Below are positions 16,899 through 26,256 of a stretch of 33,250 nt of DNA, piece after piece. Numbering within the stretch: position 1 is the first letter of the stretch; every line of letters begins with the position of its first letter. The position numbers and the translations under genes were made by a program. The notes beneath the pieces were generated by a model. That model saw only the letters and a program-made list of their open reading frames with translations, did not search any database and was not told the DNA's origin. The DNA is from a virus (Duplodnaviria > Caudoviricetes): the IMG/VR virus record IMGVR_UViG_3300037524_001229, positions 1 through 33,250 of that record. One strand, written 5' to 3'.

Positions 16899-17171
16899 AT
16901 GGCCAGGAATGCAAGGAATCGAGTGACGACTGAGACGATGGAGCCAGCGCCCGAGGGTAGCCGGGTGCTGGTGTACCGGCGGGAGCCGGAGCCGGGTGAT
17001 CTGTACGAGGTTGGTAGCTGGCGCGGGGTGCCGCACTTCCGGTGCAGGTGCTGCGCGTTTGATACGTTGGTGGCCAGCAACATGCTGGCGCATTTGGAGA
17101 GCCATGCCGGCAGCGAGCCGGCGGAACATTCGGAGACTTTGGAGGTAGAGGACAATGGCAACAGCAGCTAA
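16899..17171 (+). CDS. Small protein with C2H2-type zinc-finger motif
   Basis: FRCRCCAFDTLVASNMLAHLESH; RBS GGTGA. Confidence 0.65.
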   Translation: MARNARNRVTTETMEPAPEGSRVLVYRREPEPGDLYEVGSWRGVPHFRCRCCAFDTLVASNMLAHLESHAGSEPAEHSETLEVEDNGNSS

Positions 17172-17589
17172 GAGTTCGTTCGGCACATACCTGAAATTGG
17201 GCGACGGGGCGACGGCGGAAGCGTTCGCAACCATCGCGGAGGTGCTGGACATCAAGGGACCCAGCCTGGAGCTGGAGACTGAGGACGTGACCAGCCACGA
17301 CAGCACGGACGGCTGGGCGGAGCACATCGGGACGATTTTGAACGGCGGCGAGGTCTCGTTCGAGATGAACTGGCTGCCGGCGAACGCGACGCAGTCGTAC
17401 AGCGCGGGGCTGCTCAAGGACATGGTGGGCCGGACCAAGCGCAACTTCCAGCTTGTGGTGCCGGCGGCGGCCAGCCTGACCTGGTCGTTTGCGGCGCTGG
17501 TGACTGCGTTCGAGCCGGATTTGCCGGTCAAGGGCGCGCAGAAGGCGAGCATCACGCTCCTGCTGACGGGCAAGCCGACGTTGGCGTAG
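17155..17589 (+). CDS. Major tail tube protein
   Basis: IAEVLDIKGP, EDVTSHDS, GGEVSFEMNW, TGKPT. Confidence 0.92.
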   Translation: MATAAKSSFGTYLKLGDGATAEAFATIAEVLDIKGPSLELETEDVTSHDSTDGWAEHIGTILNGGEVSFEMNWLPANATQSYSAGLLKDMVGRTKRNFQLVVPAAASLTWSFAALVTAFEPDLPVKGAQKASITLLLTGKPTLA

Positions 17590-17649
17590 TCGCGTGCGAA
17601 CGTGGACGGATTCGTCGGATTGGACGGATGGCAGAAAGGATAGGTGAGT

Positions 17650-18012
17650 ATGGCAGTATTGACGCGGGATCAGATTATGCAGGCGGATGACCTGCGGACG
17701 GAAACTGTCGCCGTGCCTGAGTGGGGCGGCGAGGTGATCGTCAAGGCGCTGACGGGCCGGGAGCGGGATAGGTTCGAGGCGTCTATCGCCGGCGAGCGCC
17801 AGGGCAAGCGGGTCAAGCTGGACCTGGAGAACATCCGGGCCCGGTTCGTCGCGGCCTGTGTTGTGGATGAGGCGGGCCAGCCGTTGTTCTATCCCAGCGA
17901 CGTGGCGCTGCTGGGTGAGAAAAGCGCGGCTGCCCTGCAACGGGTTTTCGAGGTCGGCCAGCGGCTGAGCGGGTTGTCTGACGACGATGTCGAGGAGCTG
18001 GCGGGAAACTGA
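17650..18012 (+). CDS. Tail assembly chaperone (gpG-like)
   Basis: VPEWGGEV, LTGRERDRFE; ends at slippery site GGGAAAC. Confidence 0.9.
   Translation: MAVLTRDQIMQADDLRTETVAVPEWGGEVIVKALTGRERDRFEASIAGERQGKRVKLDLENIRARFVAACVVDEAGQPLFYPSDVALLGEKSAAALQRVFEVGQRLSGLSDDDVEELAGN
18003..18009 (+). other. -1 programmed ribosomal frameshift site G GGA AAC
   Basis: X XXY YYZ heptamer just before the stop; the -1 frame reads LRRRPERRFYFRLA and joins ORF 18069..18386. Confidence 0.88.
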
Positions 18013-18386
18013 GGCGACGGCCAGAGCGGCGGTTTTACTTCCGCCTGGCCGTCCTTCTCGGTTGCACGGTGCCGGAGCTGCTGAGCAAGGTCTCCAGCCG
18101 CGAGCTGTCGGAGTGGATGGCTTACGACGCGCTGGAGGGCCTGCCGGATCGGCGGCAGGAGATCCTGCTGGCCAGCCTGCTGGCGATGACGGTCAACATC
18201 AATCGGGATCCGAAAAAAGGCGAGCCGGCGACGGCGCTGGATTTCCTGCCGTGGATGCGGCAGGATGAGGACGATGAGGAGCCGGAGCCGGTGGACATGG
18301 TGAAGCGGATCGAGATGTTGAATGCGCTGTTTGGTGGTGAGGATCGGCGCGGGCGGTCGGCGGAGTCGGACGGGTTGGACGGATAG
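18003..18386 (+). CDS. Tail assembly chaperone frameshift extension (gpT-like)
   Basis: FRLAVLLGCTVPELL...SSRELSEWMAY...DFLPW; lies between gpG and the tape measure gene. Confidence 0.88.
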   Translation, partial: GKLRRRPERRFYFRLAVLLGCTVPELLSKVSSRELSEWMAYDALEGLPDRRQEILLASLLAMTVNINRDPKKGEPATALDFLPWMRQDEDDEEPEPVDMVKRIEMLNALFGGEDRRGRSAESDGLDG

Positions 18387-18398
18387 GACGGATCGGAT

Positions 18399-21209
18399 AT
18401 GGCTACACTGGCGACGCTGGTCGTAAAACTCGTGGGCGACGTGGGCGGCTTCTCCTCGGCGATGGACGAGGCGGGCCGCAACGTGCAGCAGTTCGGGCGC
18501 AACATTGGCCAGGTGGGCCAGGACCTGACGACGCGTGTCACGGCGCCGATTATCGGCGTGGGCGCGGCTGCTGTGGTCATGGGCAATCAGTTCAACGCGG
18601 GCATGGCCAACGTCGTCTCACTGGTGCCAGAAGCGGCCGGGGAGATCGCCAACCTGCGCGGGCCGGTGCAGGATTTGGCCGTCGAGATGGGCCAGAGCAC
18701 GGGCAGCATGACGGATGGCCTGTACCAGGTGGTCAGCGCGTTCGGCTATACATCGGAGAGCATGGAGATCCTGCACATCAACGCGATGGCGGGAGCGGCC
18801 GGGCTGGCCACGACCAGCGAGGCCATCGCGCTGACCAGTGCGGTGACAAAGGGGTACGGGGACACCTCGGCGGAGGCCGCCCAGAAGGCGGCTGACCTGG
18901 CGCTGAAGACGGTGCAACTGGGACAAACGACGTTCCCAGAGCTGGCGGCCAGCATTGGCCGCGTGACGCCGTTGGCGGCCAGCCTGGGTGTGGCGCAAGA
19001 GGAGCTATTCGCCGTCATGGCCACGGGGACGGGCGTAACGGGCGGCGCGGCGGAGGTGAGCACGCAACTGCGCGGCGTCCTCCAGGGACTGATGGCGCCC
19101 ACTGCTGACATGACCAACCTGATGACCGACTTGGGCTATGCTAACGGGACGGCCATGCTGGAGGGTCTGGGCCTCCAGGGGACGATCCAGGCGATTGTGA
19201 GCGCGGCTGAGGCCAGTGGGATGCCGTTGCAGACGTACATCGGCAGCATTGAGGGCCAGACGCTGGCGCTGGCGCTGGCCGGGCCGCTGTCGGATGCTTA
19301 CACGGAGAAATTGGGAGCGATGGGCAGCGCGGCGGGGTCCACGCAGTTGGCTTTTGACGCACAAACGCAAGGGCTCAACGCGTCGGGGTTTGCGATGCAG
19401 CAAAACGCTATCGATGCGCAGGTGCTGATGCAGCAACTGGGCACAGCACTAGGGCCTGTGGTGCTGCTGGTGACGGGCTACGTCTCCCAGTTCGTGGGCT
19501 GGCTGACGGGGCTGGTGGACCAGTTTACCGCGCTGGATCCGCAGACACAGATGATCATCCTGGGGGTGATCGGGCTGGTGGCTGCCATCGGGCCGCTGCT
19601 GATGATCCTGGGGCCGCTGGTGACGGGCTTCGGCGCGGTGGTGACGGTGATCGGCGCGCTGGTCTCCCCCATCGGCCTGGTGATCGCAGCGGTGGCGCTG
19701 CTGGCTGTGGCTGTGGTGCAGCATTTTGGCGGGGTGCAGCAGACGATCCAGGCGGCCAGCGCGTTCGTGCAGGGCATCATGCAGGCGCTTTCGTCCTTCT
19801 TCTCGGCCAACCAGGCGGAGATCGGGGCGACAATTGACGCAGCCTGGACTCGCATCAGGGAGACTGTGACGACGGTGGTGTACTGGGTGCAGTCGGTGGT
19901 GTCGGCTGTATTCGGGGTGGTGGCAACGTTCATCTCCAACCATGGCCAGGAGATCGCCGCATTCCTGAGCGCAGCCTGGACGCAGATTAGAACGATTATC
20001 GACCTGGCGCTGCAATTGATCCAGGCAGTGGTTACGACCGTGTTCGGCGCCATCACGGCGTTTATCTCGCAGCACGGCGCGGAGATTCAGGCCATCCTGA
20101 CGGCGGCCTGGAACATGATCAAAAGTTTGGTCCAAATTGCGCTGGACCTGATCGAGGGTATCATCCGGGTGGCGCTGGCCATCATCCGGGGCGATTGGGA
20201 GACGGCGTGGACGGAGGTCCAGACGCTGGTGGTCAACCTGTGGACCAGCATCCAGAGCTACATCGAAGCGGCGCTGCAGTTTGTGATCGGCCTGGTGACG
20301 CTGTTCGTGAACACTGTGGTGCAGTGGTTTACCAACCTGTACAATCAGCTGGTGGGCGGCTCGATTGTGCCGGACATGGTGACGGGCATCATCCGGTGGT
20401 TTACGCAGCTGGGCGAGCGCGCGGCGGAGCTGGTGCAGGAGTTAGTCCGCTCTGTTGTCGATGGGTTCACAAGGCTGCGCACCAACGTCGAGGAGGCGGT
20501 GAGCCAGCTAAAACAGCGAGCACTGGATTTGATTACCGGGTTGGTCAACGGTATTTTGGGCCTCGTGGGCGGCCTGGCTGGCGGCCTGCGTGACCGAGGC
20601 GCCGGGATGGTGCGGGCGTTTGCCGACGGGGTCATCAGTGCGTTGGGCAGCGCGATCGACGCGGCGCGGCGGCTGGCGCAGGAGCTGCGCGACCTGCTGC
20701 CTGGGTCTGACGCCAAGTACGGGCCGTTGTCTGATTTGACGGCCAGCGGCAGATCGCTGCCTGAGACATTGGGAGCAGCGATCAGCCGGGGCGCTCCGGC
20801 GGCGGTGGATGCGGCGGCGGGCCTGGCGGGCGGCCTGGCGGGCGTGCTGGGCATGGACACGGCCGATCTGGGCGCGCAGGCCGGGCTGGGCTGGATCGAC
20901 GCGATGATCAAGGCCATCGAGAGCCGGCTGCCGGCGTTGCAGGCTGCGGTCGGCCAGGTGTGGTCGGAGTTGGGCGGCCAGGGGCGCAGCGATGCGCTGA
21001 TCGGTCGGGCCGGTGCGAGCGATCGCTCAGAGCCATCAACGCGGGCAGGTGAGCGCGGGCCAGTAACGATCAATCTCAACGGGCCGTGGAACGTGTCCAA
21101 CGACATGGACGCGCAGCGGATCGCGGAGATTGTGGGCGACGTGCTGGCCGGCAAGGCCATTACCAATAAGCGCATGAACGTGGGCTGGGCCACGGTGGCG
21201 ACGGCATAG
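18399..21209 (+). CDS. Tape measure protein (TP901-type core), 936 aa
   Basis: ATLVVKLVGD start, TP901-like core, hydrophobic middle and periodic W/F repeats. Confidence 0.96.
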   Translation: MATLATLVVKLVGDVGGFSSAMDEAGRNVQQFGRNIGQVGQDLTTRVTAPIIGVGAAAVVMGNQFNAGMANVVSLVPEAAGEIANLRGPVQDLAVEMGQSTGSMTDGLYQVVSAFGYTSESMEILHINAMAGAAGLATTSEAIALTSAVTKGYGDTSAEAAQKAADLALKTVQLGQTTFPELAASIGRVTPLAASLGVAQEELFAVMATGTGVTGGAAEVSTQLRGVLQGLMAPTADMTNLMTDLGYANGTAMLEGLGLQGTIQAIVSAAEASGMPLQTYIGSIEGQTLALALAGPLSDAYTEKLGAMGSAAGSTQLAFDAQTQGLNASGFAMQQNAIDAQVLMQQLGTALGPVVLLVTGYVSQFVGWLTGLVDQFTALDPQTQMIILGVIGLVAAIGPLLMILGPLVTGFGAVVTVIGALVSPIGLVIAAVALLAVAVVQHFGGVQQTIQAASAFVQGIMQALSSFFSANQAEIGATIDAAWTRIRETVTTVVYWVQSVVSAVFGVVATFISNHGQEIAAFLSAAWTQIRTIIDLALQLIQAVVTTVFGAITAFISQHGAEIQAILTAAWNMIKSLVQIALDLIEGIIRVALAIIRGDWETAWTEVQTLVVNLWTSIQSYIEAALQFVIGLVTLFVNTVVQWFTNLYNQLVGGSIVPDMVTGIIRWFTQLGERAAELVQELVRSVVDGFTRLRTNVEEAVSQLKQRALDLITGLVNGILGLVGGLAGGLRDRGAGMVRAFADGVISALGSAIDAARRLAQELRDLLPGSDAKYGPLSDLTASGRSLPETLGAAISRGAPAAVDAAAGLAGGLAGVLGMDTADLGAQAGLGWIDAMIKAIESRLPALQAAVGQVWSELGGQGRSDALIGRAGASDRSEPSTRAGERGPVTINLNGPWNVSNDMDAQRIAEIVGDVLAGKAITNKRMNVGWATVATA

Positions 21210-21218
21210 AGGTGAGTG

Positions 21219-23096
21219 ATGGCAGGACGGCAGGTTAAACTGGTCTGGGGTAGTAGTTCGCTGAGCCTGAACGATAGCACATATCGCCTGCAGGCGGATG
21301 GCGGTTGGATCAGCCAGGGCAACGGGCTGGCGTTGCGGGTGCTGGTGGAATGCTCCAGCATGGCCGAAATGGATCGGACCATCACGGCTGTGCGGCAGGT
21401 CATTGCACGCGCGGTGATCTACCAAACGCACATGATCGGCGATGTTGTCGAGGTGTGGATGAAAACCTGCGACGATCTGACGACCATCGCAGAGATCGGG
21501 GCCACATGGATGCGCAAACGGGTGCGGTCGGGCCGGGTGGATGTGCAACATTTGGGAGGGGTTGCTGCGGCGCCCAACGCGATCCTGACCATTGTGCTGG
21601 AGGTGGATGAGTACTGGCAGCGGTGCCAGCCGGCCAGCGTGCTGGAGGCGACCACGGGCGCGGCGTCGATCACCAGCCTGGCCGGCGGCGGCATCACGCT
21701 GGGCAATGCGGCCATCGACCTGTATGCTCGCCGGCAAACATGGAGCTCGAGCACGGGCCTGACCGGGCGCGTGTTTTGGACGTTTGCCAGCGGCAGCAAC
21801 CAGTTGGCGTTTCTGCGAATTAGCGGGACGATGCGCTGTTACTACGGGTTCGCTGCTGAGCGGTTTTACATCTACGAGGAGGCGGGCAACTACGCGGAGA
21901 GTGCGGTGGTCAAGCTGGTGGCTGGCCAAACCTACGAGGTGACATTCGCCTGGTCAGCCACGAATATGAAGATCTGGCTGGATGGCGTAGAGATTGCCAC
22001 TCGGACAGGCGCGCCGACCTGGCCGACTGATCCAGCGACCTACCGCGTGATTGCGTCCGACGCATCCTCCGGCACACAGAACATCCTGTCTGTGCAGGTG
22101 TGGCCGACGGCGCTGACGGGAGCGCAAGCGATTGCGCTGGCGGCTTGGGGGCGGCCAGAGGCTGAGCTGCTGTGGTGTGAGCCGCCGGCTGACACGAAGG
22201 CGACCAACGCGGTCTACAAACTGCACAACGCGCCGGGCGCTGTGCCTGCGCCGCTGCGGCTGCTGTTGGACGGCGACGCGCAGGATTTCGCCAGGGTGGC
22301 CCTGGCGCTGCGCATGTATGGCCATCCGACGGCGCTGCGCTTCGAATGCGAATCGGGATCGCTGGGCGCCAATACGGCGGCCAATGTCAACGCGGCGGCC
22401 AGCGGCGGCAGCCAGGCGCGGTTTACACCGGCGGCCACGGGCTGGACGACGGAGGTCACGGTGACGGTGGCTGCTACGCCGTCGGCATTGGCGGCGATGC
22501 AGGGCGAGTATCGTCTGTACCTGGCCGGCTATGACAGCGCGGCGGCGGTGCAGATCAACCAAGTGCGGTGGCGCCTGGTGGTGGCTGGCGTGGCCGGGGA
22601 CTGGAGCGAGGCGTATGCGTTTGGCGCTGTCTCGACGCGCAGCATGATGCAGATGGACACGGTGATGTTGGCGCCGGGCAACTGGCCGCAGGAAACGGTG
22701 GTGGCGACGAGCACGGAGTATGGCGGCGCATTTGCCACGATTGAGATTCAGACGATGAACAAAACCGGCAGCGGCGGCGGGACGCTGGACCTGGACGCGC
22801 TGATCCTGGCGCCGGCGGAAATGGAGGGGTCGATCACGGCGACGCTGGATGTGAGCGCGGTGCATTTGCTGCTGGACTGGTGCAGCGATCCTCCGGCGTT
22901 TATCCTGGTCTCCAGCCTGACCAGTCTGGAGTTCGGCGGCTGGGGCAGCTATGCGGGCGATGATTTCCTGCTGCCGCCATCGGCCGGCCGCGCGGCGGGG
23001 TCGCTGGCCATCTGGTGGTATCGCAGCAGCACGGAGGAGTTCTATCCTAACGATCTGTGTGACGTGCTGATTTTCTACTCGCCGAGGTGGCTGTGA
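21219..23096 (+). CDS. Distal tail-like protein with LamG/ConA-like insertion
   Basis: First gene after the tape measure gene; YEVTFAWSATNMKIWLDG...VQVWPTALT is LamG-like. Confidence 0.65.
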   Translation: MAGRQVKLVWGSSSLSLNDSTYRLQADGGWISQGNGLALRVLVECSSMAEMDRTITAVRQVIARAVIYQTHMIGDVVEVWMKTCDDLTTIAEIGATWMRKRVRSGRVDVQHLGGVAAAPNAILTIVLEVDEYWQRCQPASVLEATTGAASITSLAGGGITLGNAAIDLYARRQTWSSSTGLTGRVFWTFASGSNQLAFLRISGTMRCYYGFAAERFYIYEEAGNYAESAVVKLVAGQTYEVTFAWSATNMKIWLDGVEIATRTGAPTWPTDPATYRVIASDASSGTQNILSVQVWPTALTGAQAIALAAWGRPEAELLWCEPPADTKATNAVYKLHNAPGAVPAPLRLLLDGDAQDFARVALALRMYGHPTALRFECESGSLGANTAANVNAAASGGSQARFTPAATGWTTEVTVTVAATPSALAAMQGEYRLYLAGYDSAAAVQINQVRWRLVVAGVAGDWSEAYAFGAVSTRSMMQMDTVMLAPGNWPQETVVATSTEYGGAFATIEIQTMNKTGSGGGTLDLDALILAPAEMEGSITATLDVSAVHLLLDWCSDPPAFILVSSLTSLEFGGWGSYAGDDFLLPPSAGRAAGSLAIWWYRSSTEEFYPNDLCDVLIFYSPRWL

Positions 23097-24643
23097 GACG
23101 GGTAACGGTTGCGATCTACGACACGAGCGGCGATCTGGTGCAGTGGCGCGGCGGGACGGCCAACAGCGTCAGGGATTTGCGCTTCGGATCGTCGCTGCCT
23201 GGCGGGTTCATGGCGGCGTCGTTTACGCTGCGGCCAGCGCCGCGCTATTGGCCGGTGCAGGTTGGCTATCGGGTGGTGATCAGTCTGGGCCGGCGGGTGG
23301 TGTGGTGGGGGTGGATTGAGGATATTGAGCGGCGCCAGCGCGGGCCGATTGAATGGCTGCGAGTGCAGGCGCTGGGGCCCTGGCAACAGGTCAATCAGCG
23401 GCTGATGACGGCCGACTATGACGACGTGATCAGCAGCCTGGTGCTGCGGGACATGCTCATCGAGTATTGCCCGGACATTAGTCAGGACTACAGCGAGATT
23501 GTGAACAGCGGGGTGCCGCTGACTATTGATTGGGAGTATGACAGCGTGGCCGACCTGGTCAAGGCAGTTTGCGAGTCAGGCGACGATCAGGACAGGCCGT
23601 TGCTGTTTGCGATCTGGGAGCCGCCGGGGTCCAGGGTAGGCGTCGAAAACACGGGGACGCTCAACGCTGATCCCGAGCTGGAGCAAAATCAAACGCACTG
23701 GGAGCCAGTGGCGCCGCTGTTGGAGTATCGCACCAGTCCGTATTATTCGGCGGGGCATTCGTGGCGGTTTTTGGAGGGGGCCTCCACCAACCTACGCACG
23801 AAGGCGCGGATACCTGCCACGGCGGGCCTGTCCTACGTGGTAGAGTATCAGTTGTATTGGACTGCTTACTCAGGCATGTCAGGATCGAGCCGCATTGACT
23901 GGTACAATGCGGGTAACACGTTGGTCAGCACGACATATGGCGCTACCTGGAACAGCGACGGGACGACCACGGGCTGGCAGAAAATTTCTGACGTGCATCT
24001 GGCGCCGGCGACGGCTGTCGAGGGGGTGCTCCACGTAGGGGCAGCCGTGGGCAGCGGCGGCGGGACGGCGCGCTATGTGGCCATCGACGATGTGCGGATG
24101 TACCTCTACACTGCCAACCTGGCGCCGGAGACGAAACCGCGGGCCGCGCTGTGGGCGCGTGATTTGACTGACTACGACTACGACCTGCGCACGGCCAACC
24201 TGGTGGAAACGTTGGATGTGCGGGAGACGACGCGGGATTTGTCCAATTACGTGGTGGCCAGCTACGGCAGCAGCAGCTACACGGCTGCGGCTGAGGATGC
24301 GGACAGCCAGGCGGCGTATCGCCAACGGGACGCGCTGGTCGCGGCCGGCCGGGTGGGTGCGACGGCGGCGGCGGCGCAGCGGGATGCGTGGCTGGCGTTG
24401 CACGCAGAGCCTGGCCAGGAGGTGGGCGCGCTGCGGGTGGGGGATCGGAGCGTGATTGATCGTGCAGGCCGGTTTGTGCATCCGGCGCGGTTGCGGGCTG
24501 GGGATCGGCTGCGGGTGGCCGATGGCCGGCTGGCCAGCACGGTGTTTTTGGTCGAGGCTGTTGAGTATGATGCGGAGACGGGGGTGGCGAGGTTGACGCC
24601 GGAGAGTTACACGGATGTGAGCAGGATGTTGGCGAGGGTGTGA
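23093..24643 (+). CDS. Tail tip/baseplate hub protein with carbohydrate-binding-like insertion
   Basis: VVWWGWIEDIE hub-like N-terminus; insertion NADPELE...IPATAGLSY...AIDDVRM resembles a CBM jelly roll; C-terminal LRAGDRLRV...VEAVEYD. Start may be 23087. Confidence 0.7.
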   Translation: MRRVTVAIYDTSGDLVQWRGGTANSVRDLRFGSSLPGGFMAASFTLRPAPRYWPVQVGYRVVISLGRRVVWWGWIEDIERRQRGPIEWLRVQALGPWQQVNQRLMTADYDDVISSLVLRDMLIEYCPDISQDYSEIVNSGVPLTIDWEYDSVADLVKAVCESGDDQDRPLLFAIWEPPGSRVGVENTGTLNADPELEQNQTHWEPVAPLLEYRTSPYYSAGHSWRFLEGASTNLRTKARIPATAGLSYVVEYQLYWTAYSGMSGSSRIDWYNAGNTLVSTTYGATWNSDGTTTGWQKISDVHLAPATAVEGVLHVGAAVGSGGGTARYVAIDDVRMYLYTANLAPETKPRAALWARDLTDYDYDLRTANLVETLDVRETTRDLSNYVVASYGSSSYTAAAEDADSQAAYRQRDALVAAGRVGATAAAAQRDAWLALHAEPGQEVGALRVGDRSVIDRAGRFVHPARLRAGDRLRVADGRLASTVFLVEAVEYDAETGVARLTPESYTDVSRMLARV

Positions 24644-24664
24644 GCGTTGGACGGCTGGCAGGGA

Positions 24665-24691
24665 AGGCCCGGAGCGGGGTGCTCCGGGCCT
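24665..24691. terminator. Hairpin at the convergence of the late and early operons
   Basis: AGGCCCGGAGC pairs with GCTCCGGGCCT (11 bp, 5-nt loop); no clear U-tract. Confidence 0.7.
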
Positions 24692-24699
24692 CGGTGTGT

Positions 24700-24891
24700 C
24701 TAGGGCCGTTTGGTCTCCAGGGCGGCGCGGGTGCATTGGACGTGGACGCCGTCGCCGTCAACGTCTGGGATGATCTGAATGTCGTGGTGGCGCGGGCATT
24801 GCTGTTTCCACAGCACGGGGCCGTCTGCCATTGCAGCGCCGGCGGCGATAATTAAGGCGACGATGAGGAGGAGGGGGATCAGTTTGCGCAT
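24700..24891 (-). CDS. Small secreted protein, 63 aa
   Basis: Signal peptide MRKLIPLLLIVALIIAAGAAMA, two Cys, RBS AGGAG. Confidence 0.75.
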   Translation of the reverse strand: MRKLIPLLLIVALIIAAGAAMADGPVLWKQQCPRHHDIQIIPDVDGDGVHVQCTRAALETKRP

Positions 24892-24921
24892 GGTACTCTC
24901 CTGGTGATGTTTGCGCGCGAA

Positions 24922-25137
24922 CTATGCGCGCGGTTTGGATTGTGCGGCCTGGCGGGCCTGGTGTAGGAGCTCGGCGACCCAGGTTTGGGCGCTGGCCGGC
25001 AGTTCCAGCCAGCGGTGATCGGCGGGTTTGGCGCTGACGGTGAGCAGGATCACGCGACCGTCTGGGGTGATCCAGGCTTCCAGCGCGCCGTTGGTGTGGA
25101 GTTGGCTGCTGCAGGTGGGACAGGTGTGGGTGGTCAT
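24922..25137 (-). CDS. Hypothetical protein, 71 aa
   Basis: MTTHTCPTC; RBS GAGG. Confidence 0.65.
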   Translation of the reverse strand: MTTHTCPTCSSQLHTNGALEAWITPDGRVILLTVSAKPADHRWLELPASAQTWVAELLHQARQAAQSKPRA

Positions 25138-25171
25138 GATGGCCTCGGATGGATGGGGCGGATTGGGCGGA

Positions 25172-26074
25172 TCAGTGTTGGACAATGTCCTCCAGCCCGG
25201 CGGGGACGTAGCGGCGTTTGAGGGCCTCGTAACTGTCGGGGTCGTCCTGCTCAGCAGCAGCAGCAGGAGGTGGCTGTTCGTGGGCGCGCAGGCGCTTGAC
25301 CAAATAGCCAACGGGGCGCTGCATGTTGGTCTGGGTGCGCATGTATGCGATCCAGCCATCGACCTGGTCGGGGGTGACACCGTTGCTGGTGATCTCGCTG
25401 AGCGCGGGTTCGGCGACTCCGAAGTCCTTCAGGGCCTCGTAGATTTCTGGCTTGATCTGCCCTGGGCTGCGAGCAGCAGGAGCAGCAGGGGGGGAGGGTC
25501 GGGCGCGTGCGCGCGTAGTGCTGTTGCTGCTGCTTTTGACATGAGGGGACTTAGACTCTTGATTCCTTCTATCCTTCTGCTGCTTAATAGGCGGAGTTGG
25601 TCCGGACTGAGTCCGGAGTGAGTCCGGAGTCGCTCCGGAGTCGGGGGGGAGTTGGACGGGTTGGACGCTGTGTGCCGCGGCGGGCGCGGCGGGCTGCTCG
25701 ACGGGGATCAGGCCATGGTCGGTGCGCTGGTAGCCGGGGGGTGGGGCGAAGCGGCTGGGGGTCTCCCGGTCGTAGTGCGGTAGGCGCTGGTGTTTCAGGA
25801 AGCCGGGGAAGAACAGGACAGGCTCGCCGGCGTGATAGCAGGTGACGAGCTCCGCGTCGCTCCATTCCTGGATGATGCCGGGCATGATGCCAACCAGTTC
25901 GGCGGCGCGCAGGGGCGCTACCTGGGCCATGAGCAGGAGGGGATGGCCGGTGATGAGGCCGTCACGGTCCAGGTGGGGGACGGTCATCATGTAGACGGCC
26001 TGGGCCTGCCAGGTGAGGCGGTTCAGGGGTTCGTCGGTGGCTACGGTTTTGCTGAGGAATCGTCCGTCTGGCAT
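25172..26074 (-). CDS. Phage replication initiator/replisome organiser, 300 aa
   Basis: GRFLSK...LNRL...YMMTVPHLDRDG...FLKHQ N-domain, low-complexity linker with iterons, C-terminal RPVGYLVKRL; RBS GAGA before ATG 26074. Confidence 0.8.
   Translation of the reverse strand: MPDGRFLSKTVATDEPLNRLTWQAQAVYMMTVPHLDRDGLITGHPLLLMAQVAPLRAAELVGIMPGIIQEWSDAELVTCYHAGEPVLFFPGFLKHQRLPHYDRETPSRFAPPPGYQRTDHGLIPVEQPAAPAAAHSVQPVQLPPDSGATPDSLRTQSGPTPPIKQQKDRRNQESKSPHVKSSSNSTTRARARPSPPAAPAARSPGQIKPEIYEALKDFGVAEPALSEITSNGVTPDQVDGWIAYMRTQTNMQRPVGYLVKRLRAHEQPPPAAAAEQDDPDSYEALKRRYVPAGLEDIVQH
25530..25644. repeat. Probable replication origin: four 11-bp iterons beside an AT-richer tract
   Basis: TCCGGACTGAG TCCGGAGTGAG TCCGGAGTCGC TCCGGAGTCGG (25601-25644) next to a pyrimidine/AT-rich stretch at about 25533-25590, inside the initiator gene. 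Confidence 0.75.
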
Positions 26075-26256
26075 GGCGTATTCTCGTGGCGGTGGGTGGC
26101 GATGCGCGCGGCGCGGCATTGGTCGGGGGTGGCAGGTCCATGGCCACAGCCGGTGTGGACCTGCCACCAGAGTCGGGCGGCGCCGTGGGCGATCTGGGGG
26201 GCGCTGGTGATGCGGTAGGAGCTGCCGCAGAGGCAGTGGCCGGTGACGGTGGTCAT
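26041..26256 (-). CDS. Cys/His-rich hypothetical protein, 71 aa
   Basis: MTTVTGHCLCG...HTGCGH; ATGA coupling with the upstream gene. Confidence 0.65.
   Translation of the reverse strand: MTTVTGHCLCGSSYRITSAPQIAHGAARLWWQVHTGCGHGPATPDQCRAARIATHRHENTPCQTDDSSAKP

Noticed and set aside
8375-18188. Self-targets for guide 2 (8375-8392, 12/18) and guide 4 (18171-18188, 14/18)
   Set aside because: Partial GC-rich matches inside coding regions, expected by chance; the guide-2 core also recurs at 29397.
15094-21221. GGTGAG-N2-3-ATG as a novel start-associated motif
   Set aside because: GGTGA is an ordinary Shine-Dalgarno variant complementary to the 16S rRNA 3' end.
5890-24643. Diversity-generating retroelement acting on fibre or tail genes
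   Set aside because: No reverse transcriptase and no template/variable repeat pair seen; the terminal repeat differences are synonymous, not adenine-specific.
4045-24761. Long antisense ORFs (e.g. 4045..5817, 11684..13168, 16297..17940)
   Set aside because: Arg/Pro/His-rich shadow frames opposite well-supported genes in high-GC DNA.
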